DNA of 64,000 nucleotides from contig NC_057719.1 in assembly GCF_004010195.1 (NCBI RefSeq), forward strand, positions 50,262,302 through 50,326,301, in the 5' to 3' direction. Below, piece by piece: positions 51,391 through 62,776 of the stretch. The notes under the pieces are model-generated. The model saw only the letters and a list, made by a program, of their open reading frames with translations. It was not told the DNA's origin and ran no database searches. This DNA comes from Chiloscyllium plagiosum. Its lineage: Eukaryota. Each line of letters opens with the position of its first letter. Position 1 is the stretch's first letter. The position numbers were made by a program, and so were the translations under genes.

Positions 51391-52037
51391 GATGCAGAGT
51401 ACCACAGGCAACCTGGGTACGAAACTGAGTGACAAGCTATCTGTTTTGAATTGCAGTCCTGTGATCTGCAAGTCCAGAGCAGCATGTAGACTTTGTTCCT
51501 ACTTCTGATTGCTGCACCTTCCCTAACGTGCCGGGAGGGTCCATCAGCCAGAATAAACATACTTTTATGTGTTGCTCTCTTAAAATGCAATGTACTACTG
51601 CCATGCAGATTGGATGGATTCTATGCCATTGGCAATTTATTGTAATGGAGAATAATAGTGATACTATAATGTGAAAGGATAATTATATCAATTTTAACAC
51701 AAGCTCAAAGTCCTAGCAAATACACTCAACACTGAGACAAATATTTTCCATTTGGAAGTGTATTATAATTTATTAATACTATTATGTTGGTTTTTAAATT
51801 TGTCTTGGCAAAACATTGGAGAGTGTTTGAAAATATATGTTCAGTAAGATTTAGATAAATTGATATGTTGCTGATTCTTTTCTGTTGGAGAGTCAATAAG
51901 ATGTGTTTGCGATCTGCATCCTAACATTATCAAAAGAAGTAGGACTGTGATCCATCAACCTGGGATCAAGTACAAATTGTCATGTGGGAATTTAAGCTGG
52001 ATTTACTCGCGTGGAGTTCTCAAAGTACTTCTGTTTG

Positions 52038-52392
52038 GGGAGGCCAAGGCCTAATGATATTATTGTGAGACTGTTAATCTAGAAACTCAGCTAAGAAAGT
52101 AGGGACTCCGGTTTGAATCCCATTGCAGCAGATGATGAAATTTGAATTCAATAAAATATATCTGGAATTACAAATCTACTGCTGAAACCATTGTTGATTG
52201 GTGGAAAAACCCAACTGGTTCACTAATGGCCTTCACAGAAGGAAATTTGCTATCCTCACCTGGTTTGGCCTACGTGTGATGTTTGACCCACAGCATTATG
52301 GTTGATTCTCAATTGCCCTCTGGCCAATTAGGGGTGGACAATGAATGCTGGCCTGGCCAGCGATGTCCACATCCTGTGAATCAACTAAAAAA
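52038..52392 (+). mobile_element. tRNA-derived SINE, family B
   Basis: Collinear with 2014-2375 (ggtttgaatccc box B; aatgctggcctggccagcgatgtccacatcctgtgaat tail). Confidence 0.8.
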
Positions 52393-53159
52393 CAAATCTT
52401 GTAGCTCACTACGGTAATGTAGCTGTTTACTCCCTTGGCAAATGAGTAAATTCATTAGGGAACACGACACCCTTAAAAGAGCATTCTTCTGAACTTTGCA
52501 AGCTGTTTTGTGCTTAATTTCTTTTTCCAGGAACTAACCAGGAAATCTATGTTTTAACTCTGTGATGAGTGTGTTTTTGAAAGAAACTTTAATTTCACTT
52601 TCTTTTGAGTCAACCTGTTAGTTCCATCCAGTTATGTAAGAAGGACTTTGGAACTTTCTTGCAGAATGGTATGTATGTGTTGTTGAACTGACCAGTGTTG
52701 TATAATTGGCACAATGTTACACATTTCCTTCAATAAATTGAAGCTTGATTGCAGTTTGGACTCTTTCCCAATATTTGAAACTCAGACTGACAGCAAATGA
52801 CAATTTCCAGAAGTATACACATGGGTCATCAGTAGGAATGATGAGGTGTAAGGTTTTCAATTTTCCTTTTTCCTTGGTACATTGAAGTGAACATGTTCTT
52901 CTGTTTGCTCATGGAGTGGAAAATATTGTTAAACAGTTTTGTTTAAGAGAAAGTTAATGAGTGAGATGAGTATGATACACTAAAGGGAAAGATGATAACC
53001 AACCAGCAGTAAAAAAGTTGACTTAGTGTTCTGAAAATGGTAGGGTTTTAAATGTTTGTAGTTCTTGATATAATATTTTGGTTGAGTGACAGATTTCATG
53101 GTATCTTTTGACAGTAGCAATGGCTTTTTACATACCATTTTTAATGTAACAAACCACTT

Positions 53160-53465
53160 TTTAAAAAGTTAATTTGTGGGAAATGGGCACCTCTGGCTGG
53201 CCAGCATTTATTGCTCATCCCTAGTTGCCCCTGAGAAGGTGCTGGTGAGCAATTTTCTTGAACCGCTGCACTCCACCTGCTTTAGGTTGACCATTAATGC
53301 CATTCACGTAGGAATTGTAGGAGTTTGACCCAGCAACAGTGAAGGAACAAAGAGATATTTACAAGTCAAGATGGTCAGTGGCTTGGAGGAGAACTTGTAG
53401 TTGATGGTGTACCCATGTATCTGCTGCCCTTGTCCTTCTGGATGAGAGTGGTCATGGGCTTGCTA
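53160..53465 (-). mobile_element. LINE family B 3' end
   Basis: ggccagcatttattgctcatccctagttgcccctgagaaggt...tttgacccagcaacagtgaagga. Confidence 0.75.
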
Positions 53466-55557
53466 ATAGGAGTATTCACAACCAACATTTGATGCCAAAT
53501 GATTTAATGTGATATTATGCCAGATAATGAAAAATTTGATCAGAAATATAGGTTTTAATGAGCATCTTGAAGGAAAGAGATGGACAGGTGTAAGAAGTGA
53601 TTTTGAGAACTGAAGGCCTGTTTGTTAGTGGTGGAGCAAATAAAATGAGGAATCCTTAGAGATTAGAATTAAAGGAGGCCAGATGGCTTAAGCATTGAGA
53701 GTCTGAAAGAGATTCAAGCTGAAGAGGGGTGAGACTATGGATGGATATGAAACTGACTAGCAGAGAAATAATTTAATGACTGCGAAGGAATCGAGAGTGG
53801 AGTTGGGGTATATTTTGATGTTCAGTCCTCGTCAAAATTTACATTTGTTTTTCGGTGATGATGCCAAAAGTTAGAATGTAATTAGAATTAGATTTTATTG
53901 TCACGTGTACCTGAGCAGAGTGAAAAGTGTACAAAGTTGACATTCCTAGCACCATCTTAGGTACAAGGTACCTAGATACAAAATCTTAGGTACAGGGTAG
54001 AAAAATAAAGCTAGAAGGTCAATATTTGAGAAATAAAAGACATAGGAACAGGTTGAGAAATGAGAGAATGTAAATGTAGCAACACTCAAGCTTTCATTAG
54101 ATAAGTATGAATGGAGCCAGGCATGTGAAGACCCATTAAGCTGGAAGGCACTGTTAAGTAACTAAGGAACATTCTGTCACCTCCAATGTCAAAGGCTGCA
54201 TAGAGGAAATGAAGAACAATAAAAGAAAGATCAACTTTATCACTGATATGTATTCATTATAACATGACACTGACACTTGAACCAGGATTCAATATGCTGC
54301 ATTTGTTCATGATAACATCAGGATGTTAATGAGTTTATTTTCCCTCACCGATTATTGTAGATATTTTCTAATCAACTCTATTCAAAGATGTTATTGCACA
54401 CCTCTTCAACAAATGGGCTTTGAACCTGGCCATCTTGGCTCAGTGATAGGGACACTATCACTTTACCACAAGACATCCTCAGAATGTTGATTAGTAGTAC
54501 TATTGAAGTGCCTAGAACACGAACAGTTAAGTGAAGTTCTGACAAGTTAAATTGGTTTAACTATTTCTGTTGCTAAGTAAATTGATAATTACATGGGACT
54601 GCATTTAAAATGATCACTGAAACAATGAAGTGAGAGATTGGAAGTTTGTGTTAAGAGAAGTTAAAAGTTGTCAGGAATAGTGGTGGAAATAGTATTCGAT
54701 TAACTTCTAAAAGAATAAGCATATTGTTATCTCATTTAGAGAGGTGAATTGTCTCCTTTCCTTGTCCCACTATTCCACTGGCCTCAAATATGCTTGATTT
54801 AAAAGGAAGGTGATATTAGTAATTTTTTAAAAATAAAGTTGTATATATCTCAGTGCCAGAACAAATCAGCCAAATTCTATTTGTTACCCAATAAATTGTT
54901 TACTCAAGCAACAGTGCAAAGCTTATTAATGAAAGGTTTAAAATGTGTAAATATAACCAACCATGCTTCTTGAAAAAATGACTCCGATGCGCAGGCACTT
55001 AGTTAATTAAAGCTTGGAAAAATTTTTTTTATATTACTCAAAAAGGCCATCGGGCCAATGAGTTCAATTCCAAATTGTTTGAAATGCTGGTTCGTAGCCC
55101 AAATCACTTCCCACACAAGCTGTTGATTTCTCCTCAGTTCTATTATGATTGGTTGCATCTCTTTTCCTGGAGACTGATGTAGTTTTAGACTTTTACTTCA
55201 AAAATCCTCCACTTGCAGCAATGAGGTCTTCAGTGGATTTTCAGCACTCAACCTTTCCTGAGCAGAATTTCAGAGAGAAAGGGTGGGGATTTAAGGTTCT
55301 TTCCTCGTGGCAAGTTGTCTAAGACCATCTTTATTCAAGACCAATATATTTTCACCTGCAAACTGAATTTTGTGACTTCTCTAAAAGTTATGAAGTGTAT
55401 CCATCTGGCAGCTTGTGTGCTTTGCGAGTGCAACATTTTTGCTGCTGCAGCCAGTATCCTCTGTTTTGAGTAGTTAGTTTCAAAACATTTAGATAAATCC
55501 AGCCATTGATGTTATTCATTAATATTTTAGATGACAACTCGCCAGCACAACACAATA

Positions 55558-56370
55558 GAGGCAGTCTCCCACTTAAGAATGAGTTCTGTTCTAAAGTCTG
55601 TTTGCAAGTCGATTTGCATGCAAGTTAAAACACAATGCAGAATAATGTCAAGCAGTTATTCATAAATACAGAAAAGGTTTGTAGATGGAGGTCTCTAAAA
55701 TTACATCTGTGATGATATTGTGGCTTTAAGAGGTTCTTCTACCCTTGTTTCTTCTGAGATTGAATGAGAGGTGTCGAGCATTCTGTAAGAATGTAAACAG
55801 CTTGTGGCACCTTAGAGGTTTTTTCTCAAAAATTGGAAGAATAGAGGCAGCCTGAATGAGTGTGGTCAAGCTCTCACAGAACCAGGGTTTTTTAGTTTAG
55901 CTTTCAGCAATTGCTATTGAATTATTCTTTCCCCCACTTGGTTGCAGCCAAAAGCTGGGGGTTCTCTGCCTGCTCCGGGAGTTCCATGTGAGACAATCTG
56001 TTTTCTGAATTTGCCTTTTGCCAAGGGTGTGCTTATGGGGTAGTCCTACATTGGAACAATTAATTAGTAATAGTTTCTGTGTGTATTATTCTGTTAAGTT
56101 TTCCAGTAGAGTTAAGTTATTCCAATTCCTCCTTTCTTTTGTTGGACTTTAACTATAGTGGATGAATAAAGCTTGTTTTGCTTTAAGTCCGGTAGTTTAA
56201 CCAATCGAATGGCATCTGGAACACAACACATAATATTTACTCTTAAAATAAGAAAAAAAAAAGATCTAAAAAAATCTTCTGAATACTTCGAGGTTGGTCT
56301 AGTCCATAACACATGCCTATATACAATTACAGCGTTCATAAGTTGGACCGTTGTAAATGAGGACCCCCTG
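55558..56370. mobile_element. Tigger/pogo-like non-autonomous element hosting a solo LTR
   Basis: TA + gaggcagtctcccacttaagaa on the left; ttgtaaatgaggaccccctg on the right (degenerate TIR pair). Confidence 0.55.
55708..56311 (+). mobile_element. Solo LTR (604 bp)
   Basis: TGTGATG...CATAACA termini, AATAAA at 56165, 4-bp TSD catc / catg; interrupts the MITE. Confidence 0.6.
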
Positions 56371-56631
56371 CACAATTTAGGCATTTACAGCTAGAATGCA
56401 GTGGAATATGATGAAATGAATAGCTGCCTCAGAGAATTGACACAACCACCCTGGAAAATTTATGAGGAGTGGTTTCATGGTTATCATGGTGAGATTTTCT
56501 CCTGTCAGCTGCCCAGATATTAAGATAGTAAATAATTATATTTCAGATAAAAATAGAAAATTCTGGAAATACACAGTTTCTCAATTTGGCATCTGTAAAA
56601 AGAGAAGAGATAGGTTATGATATTTTGAGTA

Positions 56632-56845
56632 CAGGTCGTTCTGTTATAATGCATGTTTCATCAAAGCAAATTTGCTGTAATGCAAATGACAAATTGGGGA
56701 CTCTGCTTCTACAGTGCACACTTTTAAAAGGTGGCTATAACACAATTACAGCACCAACACTTGAAGCACTGTTTCTAAAGTGTGATTTTTCTGTTACGTA
56801 GGGTTGCACAAGAATGCAACCATCACGTTATACAAGAAGTGACCA
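56632..56845. mobile_element. Tigger/pogo-like MITE
   Basis: TA + caggtcgttctgttataatgc ... cgttatacaagaagtgacc; related to 32910-33129 in the opposite orientation. Confidence 0.65.
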
Positions 56846-56949
56846 TATATTTAGGATAACCGCAACTCTCATAACTTTGCAACATGGCAGAAAAGTAGTC
56901 ATAGTTTTTCTTTTGTGATTGTCGGTGATGAGTAGCTTGCTATGTATTC

Positions 56950-57115
56950 GCTTAGCTTGGTTGGGTGACTGGTTTACAATTCAGTGATACGAATAGCCTG
57001 GGTTCAGCTGAGGTTACCATGGAGATCCTACCTTCTCAACCTTGCCCCTCACCTCAGGTCATCTCTGCAATGAAAGGGTAATCTTGTGGCTTGGTCAGAC
57101 TATGGTGACTTTATT
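56950..57115 (+). mobile_element. tRNA-derived SINE, family C
   Basis: gctgaggttaccatgg...ccttctcaaccttgcccctcacctcagg...gactatggtgacttta. Confidence 0.65.
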
Positions 57116-58515
57116 CTTTCTTTATCTTCTTTGAATTCAAGTTGCCTTACATTGTAATTTCTCCTTCTTAATTTTGAAAGCTGCAATTTCAAGTATGAAT
57201 TTGAAGTTTGTGATTAAAATAACCTCAGTTCTGTTCTTTTCCATAAGGCAACCTGACACATGTTAGCACTTGAAGGACATACACTACACCAGCCAGGTCT
57301 CTTCCTGATGAAAGTCTGGCCATTCCCTGGTAGCTTTTTAATTTTATTTACCATAGATAAGTCATCAGATCAGTTTTCTTTGCAGATAAGCTACTTAATG
57401 GCAATCTTTAAGTTATATGTATTTTACGTCAAATACTTTTCAACTACTCTAAGGACTTTTGAAGAAAGGCTTTCGCAAGCATTCATTTGTGCACAAAGTT
57501 AGAGTTAAATGGAAAGCTTTATCATCTTCCTTAACTTTGAAAAATAGCGGAATAATCGATTAGCTTGTGACTTGGGCTATAAATTGCCAAACAAATTGAT
57601 TAACTGAGAAATGAATAATGAAGTCTGTGTTCAGTGTGGTTTTAGGTTTAAGTATTCCATCTTTTGTAAGTGGCAAAATAACAGTTGTTATACTTTGCTA
57701 AACTGTCTGAAGGTTTCTGACTGAATATTACATAGTTTGGAGGCTTAATGATTTACTATTTCAACTGAGAGTTTAGATGGATGGGCTCAACGAGAAAGCA
57801 ATAAGTTGAGATCTGTAGTATTATTGTTTGAACTTATGTCTGTGACTGTGTGAATGGCACCTCCCATAATGATGATTTAAGAGAACACTTGACAGAGACT
57901 TGAATGGAGTTTGATCATGACATTCAGCAGAAGCTGTGCATAGATCATTAATGTATCATAAGCTAGTTAATATTTGAACCTACCATTGGATAAGCAATCC
58001 CTCCAAAGTTGGATTAACCAGTTTACAAAATAAACCATCAAAACTTGTCCAGGACAAATGGAATACATAGTATTTCAGAACAAAGCTGCTGACAGAATCA
58101 AAATTTAAATCAAAATTTAAATCAATATCACTGGTTCCTTTTATTTAATTAGGTCCTTCTATCTGATGCCTGCTGCAAATGTAATAGGTGTTCTTTGGTT
58201 CATTTTGGCTTAATCTTTCTGGGTTGCTAAGTTTTTAATGTACTGTAATCAAGTCATAGATGTCTATGGCTTTCTTCAGTTCTGTCAGTCATGCAACAAA
58301 AAGCAACTAATTTTACATAATAAGGCAGGATAGAACTCTCATGCTGTCAGGAAAAAAAAACTGGTATTTTCTTTGAATTCTGTGCTTTGGTTTTGACCAA
58401 CTCCTAGCTGGAATTACTGTAAATCTGAACTGGTTAGCAGTTGATGCTGTTGTTCAGGTTATAAATTTGCTGTTTGATTTCTGATTCTAATTTGGGAAGG
58501 TTTTTTTTTGTCCAG

Positions 58516-58595
58516 TGTTTGATGATGGAGATGAGAGGACCCTTAGGCGTACATCTTTATGTCTGAAGGGGGAGAGACACTTTGCAGAGAGTGAG
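58516..58595 (+). CDS. ARID4A: ARID4A coding exon (80 nt, phase 1/0): (V)[26 protein letters not shown]
   Basis: Poly-T gtccag| ... |gtgagt; phase matches the previous exon (G+TG = Val). DERTLRRTS is ARID4A-type (ARID4B: DEKTLRRSS). Confidence 0.96.
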
Positions 58596-58675
58596 GTGAG
58601 TAAGTGTTTTTATCTAGACATTATAATGAGGTGATCTTCATAATACAGAACAGTAACTTCAGTGCTTGCTTTCAG

Positions 58676-58773
58676 ACCCTTGATCAGTTGCCATTAACAA
58701 ACCCAGAGCACTTTGGCACACCAGTCATTGGGAAGAAAACAAACAGAGGAAGGAGATTATCCTCTGCTCCTAC
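58676..58773 (+). CDS. ARID4A: ARID4A coding exon (98 nt, ends phase 2): [32 protein letters not shown]
   Basis: gcttgctttcag| ... |gtaagt after an 80-bp intron. [18 protein letters not shown] is conserved in ARID4 proteins. Confidence 0.95.
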
Positions 58774-60462
58774 GTAAGTACCGTTTTACTAGTTTTTTAA
58801 TCCAGTCATAGGATGTGATTGTCACTAACTAAGTCAGCATTTATTGCCCATCTCAACTGGCTTTGAGAAGGCGGTGTTAGGAAGGGAGTTAATTTGTTTT
58901 ATACTACTTAAATGTTTTGTTAAGGAATTTTTGTATATTTTTCTGAGATGTAACCAAGAAAATGATTCTTAGTATGGAATGTAATTGACAATGAGAAATT
59001 AAGTAGTATGAGTTATAGCTGGTGTGGCACTTGGGAAAGCATGATTAAAAATCAAATTGTAACTGACATCAGTAGTGATAATCCCATGTGATTTTGAAAG
59101 ATGGTGCCATAATTCTTTTAGATTTTAATCTGTTGACTGGTTATGTTTATGTTTAGAAATCTGATTTTACCAACTTCTGGCAATTTTTTCTAATTTAAAG
59201 GGATTTTCATTTGGACAGGAAAGTTGAGAAGAGTGAACAAATACTCTTTGTTTGGCATTTAGTTTTGCAATATCATTAATTGCTTACTTTGCTCAGATTA
59301 CTTGTTACCAAATGTTCAGATCGTAGACTAAACAAAAAAGTAATGTGTTATCTTAGTCTCATAGGGGAACTTGGAAAACTGTTTTGCATGTCACAAAGGC
59401 AAAAATATTCACATTATTTGCCTCCGTATAAACCAGAATGCTCCACGAACTGAAACCACCTAGTGAGCTTGCACACTTGGCCAACCAGAAACCTTACAGA
59501 TGATGATCAGCACCTAAGCAAGACTAGTTTCAACACTGTGAGGTTTAATAGAAGTATGCCAGAAGCAACTAATGCTCTTTATATATGATCACTTTCTGTG
59601 GCAATACTGATTCAACAATTTTCTTTTTATTTCAAAAACCACGTGTAGCTCCTCAAACCCGTTAAGTACTGACAGAGCTCCAGTAATTGAATACGCATCC
59701 CACTATCAGTAAGATCCGTATTCCTTCCATTAACCAGCACCTGATGTGTTCCTGGATAATAGAAAATCTTTCTGCATTTTGAATAATAAACTGGACGCTT
59801 TATTTAAATTACCAACCTCCTTAGTCAGTCCTGATGTTGTGAGACTGATGGTCATTGGGTTTGAAACAAAGAAATCTTTCAACTGGTACTGGGGTTTTAT
59901 GCATTGATGTATTGAATCCATCCAACATTGTATGTTCAAACCTCATTTCAGAATGTTGTTAGTCAGCTGTTAGTACTTGATGAACTTGTAACCCAGACAG
60001 TTAAACAGTTTAAATATCAAAATATTTAGTGGGTTGTTCTTGTGATTATTTTCATGTGACTAGTTGCTTTCCACCAACTCCAAAGTTGATGAGACAGTTG
60101 GGAAGAGACTATCTTTCTGACTCCAGGTGATGTTTTATCTGGAGAGTTGGACTTTGTTTTTGTACTTGCAAAATATTGAATGAATTTATGAAGAGGAGAA
60201 TGGGAAGGTCTCCCTTGAAGGTGTTGTGATTTCCTTTCTAACAAGAAAAATATATCCATTAAGCTTATTACTGGTCAAGGTGAACAATATCAGCCAAAAA
60301 TTATAAACCAGAGAGTTAATCTGCTTGGAACAATTAATTTTAAATGTGATAATATGTACCCTTGACGTGCACATTTCAATTTTAAATAAATCTGCAGCCC
60401 AACTGCATAATTTACAGATAAATGTGTCCTCATTAATATAAAATTAACAAGTGTCAAGATAT

Positions 60463-60678
60463 GGAGCTGGAAAATGTGTTGCTTGAAAAGCGCAGCAGGT
60501 CAGGCAGCATCCAAGGAACAGGAGAATCGACGTTTCGGGCATAAGCCCTTTTCCTGAACAAGGGCTTATGCCCGAAACGTCGATTCTCCTGCTCCTTGGA
60601 TACTGCCTGACCTGCTGCGCTTTTCCAGCAACACATTTTTCAGCTCTGAGCTCCAGCATCTGCAGTCCTCATTTTCTC
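60463..60678. mobile_element. Young PLE family A fold-back element
   Basis: ~87-bp near-perfect arms (60464-60550, ~60560-60646), tail to 60678; exact 15-bp TSD caagtgtcaagatat (60448-60462, 60679-60693). Confidence 0.93.
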
Positions 60679-60779
60679 CAAGTGTCAAGATATAAGCTAA
60701 CTAAGGCTAATGGAAGTGAAAAATCAGACCGCACTAAGTCAGGCGCTAGGAGGCTTGAAAATTCCAAGCTGTGCAAACA

Positions 60780-61118
60780 GAGTCAAAGAGATGTACAGCA
60801 TGGAAATAGACCCTTCGGTCCAACTCATCCATGCCGACTAGATATCCTAACCTAATCTAGTCTCACTTGGCCCGTATCCCTCTAAACCCTTTCTATTCAT
60901 ATATCCATCCAGATATTAAAAATGTTGCAATTGTACCAGCCTCCATCATTTCCTCTTTCAACTCATTCCATACGCGCACCACCCTTTGCATGAAAACGTT
61001 GCCCCTTAGGTCCCTTTTAAATTTTTTCCCTCTCGCCCTAAATATATGCCCTCTAGTTCTGAACTCTCCCATCCAAGGGAAAGGATCTTGTCTATTTACC
61101 CTATCCATGCCTTTCATG
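60780..61118 (-). mobile_element. CR1 3' end
   Basis: MKGMDRVNRQDPFP...KRDLRGNVFMQRVVRVWNEL (ORF 60893-61123). Confidence 0.9.
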
Positions 61119-61345
61119 AACATGACTCCGAGAAAGTGTCCTGGATGGGTTAATTTTGATCTTTAGTGGGCGAGGACCAGTTTTGTGCCCTAGAAATAGT
61201 TCAGAGATATCTATATCCTTCTAGTGGGCATGAAAGATCCCAGAAAGCAAATTGAAAAAAAAATGGTGAGTTCTCCCAATGATCTGATCATCAATTATTT
61301 CAAGCCTCGAAGAAATTAATTGGTTTAATTGGTCTTCCATCTCAC

Positions 61346-61950
61346 TTAGAATCATAGAGTCATACAGCATAGAAACAGACCCTTCAGTCCAACTAACCAA
61401 TGCCAACCATAATCTCAAACTAAACTAGTCCCACTTGCCTATGCTTGGCCAATATCCCTCCAAACACTTATCTAAGTGTCTTTTAAATGTTGTAACTGTT
61501 TCCTCAATCATCCCTTCCTCCAGAAATTCGTTCCACACATGAACCACACTGTGTAAAAAGAAAAATTGTCCCTAATGGCTTTTTAAACATATTTCTCCTC
61601 TCACCTTAAACAAATGCCCCCTATTCTCATAAACACTAACCTTGGGGGAAAAAGACACATGCCGTTCGCCTTATCTATACCCCTCATTCTTTTTTGAACT
61701 TCTGTAAAGTCACCCCTCGACCTCGACACTGCAATGAAAAAAGTCCCAATATATTCAGTGTCTCCTTAATTCAAACCCTCCTTTACTGAGGTTTTTTTTT
61801 CTGAACCCTCTCCAGCTTAATAATATCCTTCCTATAACCAGACCTGTACATAATATTCCAGAAGAGGCCTCACTAACATCCTATACAATCTCAACATAAT
61901 GTCCCAACTCCTATACTCAAAGGTCTGAGCATTGAAGGCAAGCATGCTCA
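61346..61950 (-). mobile_element. CR1 3' part
   Basis: Tail tagaatcatagagtcatacagc; decayed ORF2 C-terminus up to ~61950. Confidence 0.85.
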
Positions 61951-62376
61951 ACACTTCTGTGTTCAAATTGACTGCCACCTTTCCTCATTTTACAATGTTC
62001 ACTACAAATAGTAATTTTGTACTACTGAACTTAATTATTACTAAGAATTCGAAAGCTTTTCAGCTAGTTCTTACCAAGACAATTCACAATAATACCAATA
62101 TTCCGAGAAAACATCATTTACATTCTGAGAAGAGTGCTGATTGGTTGGCAAGTGGACTTTGGTAGAGGCGTTGTCCTGGAGAATGTATATGTCAGATGAT
62201 GATTGACAGTTAGCAGCTGAACAGTATTTAAGTTGTGGACGTTTCATCCCCTGTCTAGGTGACACCCTCAGTGCTTGGGAGCCTCCTGTGAAGCGCTTCT
62301 GTGATCTTTCCTCCGACATTTGTCACTATAAATGCCGGAGGAAACATCACAGAAGCGCTTTACAGGAGGCTCCCAA

Positions 62377-62416
62377 GCACTGAGGATGTCACCTAGACAG
62401 GGGACGAAACGTCTGC
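62377..62416 (+). ncRNA. Minimal type I hammerhead ribozyme motif, core intact
   Basis: GCA-CTGAGGA-T-GTCACCT-agac-AGGGGAC-GAAA-C-GTC-TGC; predicted cleavage after C62413; loopless palindromic stem III (ACGT). Confidence 0.78.
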
Positions 62417-62458
62417 AACACAAATTCCCAGCTCGGCGAACAGAACCACGACAACGGT

Positions 62459-62776
62459 GGGCGGCACGGTGGCACAGTGGTTAGCACTGCTGCCTCACAG
62501 CGTCAGAGACCCGGGTTCAATTCCCGCCTCAGGCGACTGACTGTGTGGAGTTTGCACGTTCTCCCCGTGTCTGCGTGGGTTTCCTCCGGGTGCTCCGGTT
62601 TCCTCCCACCATCCAAAGATGTGCAGGGTCAGGTGAATTGGCCATACTAAATTGCCTGTAGTGTTAGGTAAGGGGTAAATGTAGGGGTATGGGTGGGTTT
62701 CGCTTCGGCGGGTCAGTGTGGACTTGTTGGGCCGAAGGGCCTGTTTCCACACTGTAATCTAATCTAATCTAATCTA
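62459..62776 (+). mobile_element. HE1 V-SINE, full length and young
   Basis: Box A tggcacagtgg (62470-62480), box B ggttcaattcc (62514-62524), V-domain, CR1-derived tail, (aatct)n; possible 4-bp TSD aacg; CpGs retained. Confidence 0.95.

Noticed and set aside
58096..58125. Short tandem repeat aatcaaaattta x2.5 (also the (tc)n at ~29839 and the poly-C at ~43290)
   Set aside because: Ordinary slippage repeats.
59640..59970. Minus-strand ORF NIQCWMDSIHQ...FFVSNP as a BEL/Pao or viral remnant
   Set aside because: Only vague motif resemblance; cannot be supported without a profile search.
62459..62535. tRNA gene
   Set aside because: The A and B boxes belong to the HE1 SINE head, which continues into the V-domain and LINE-derived tail.
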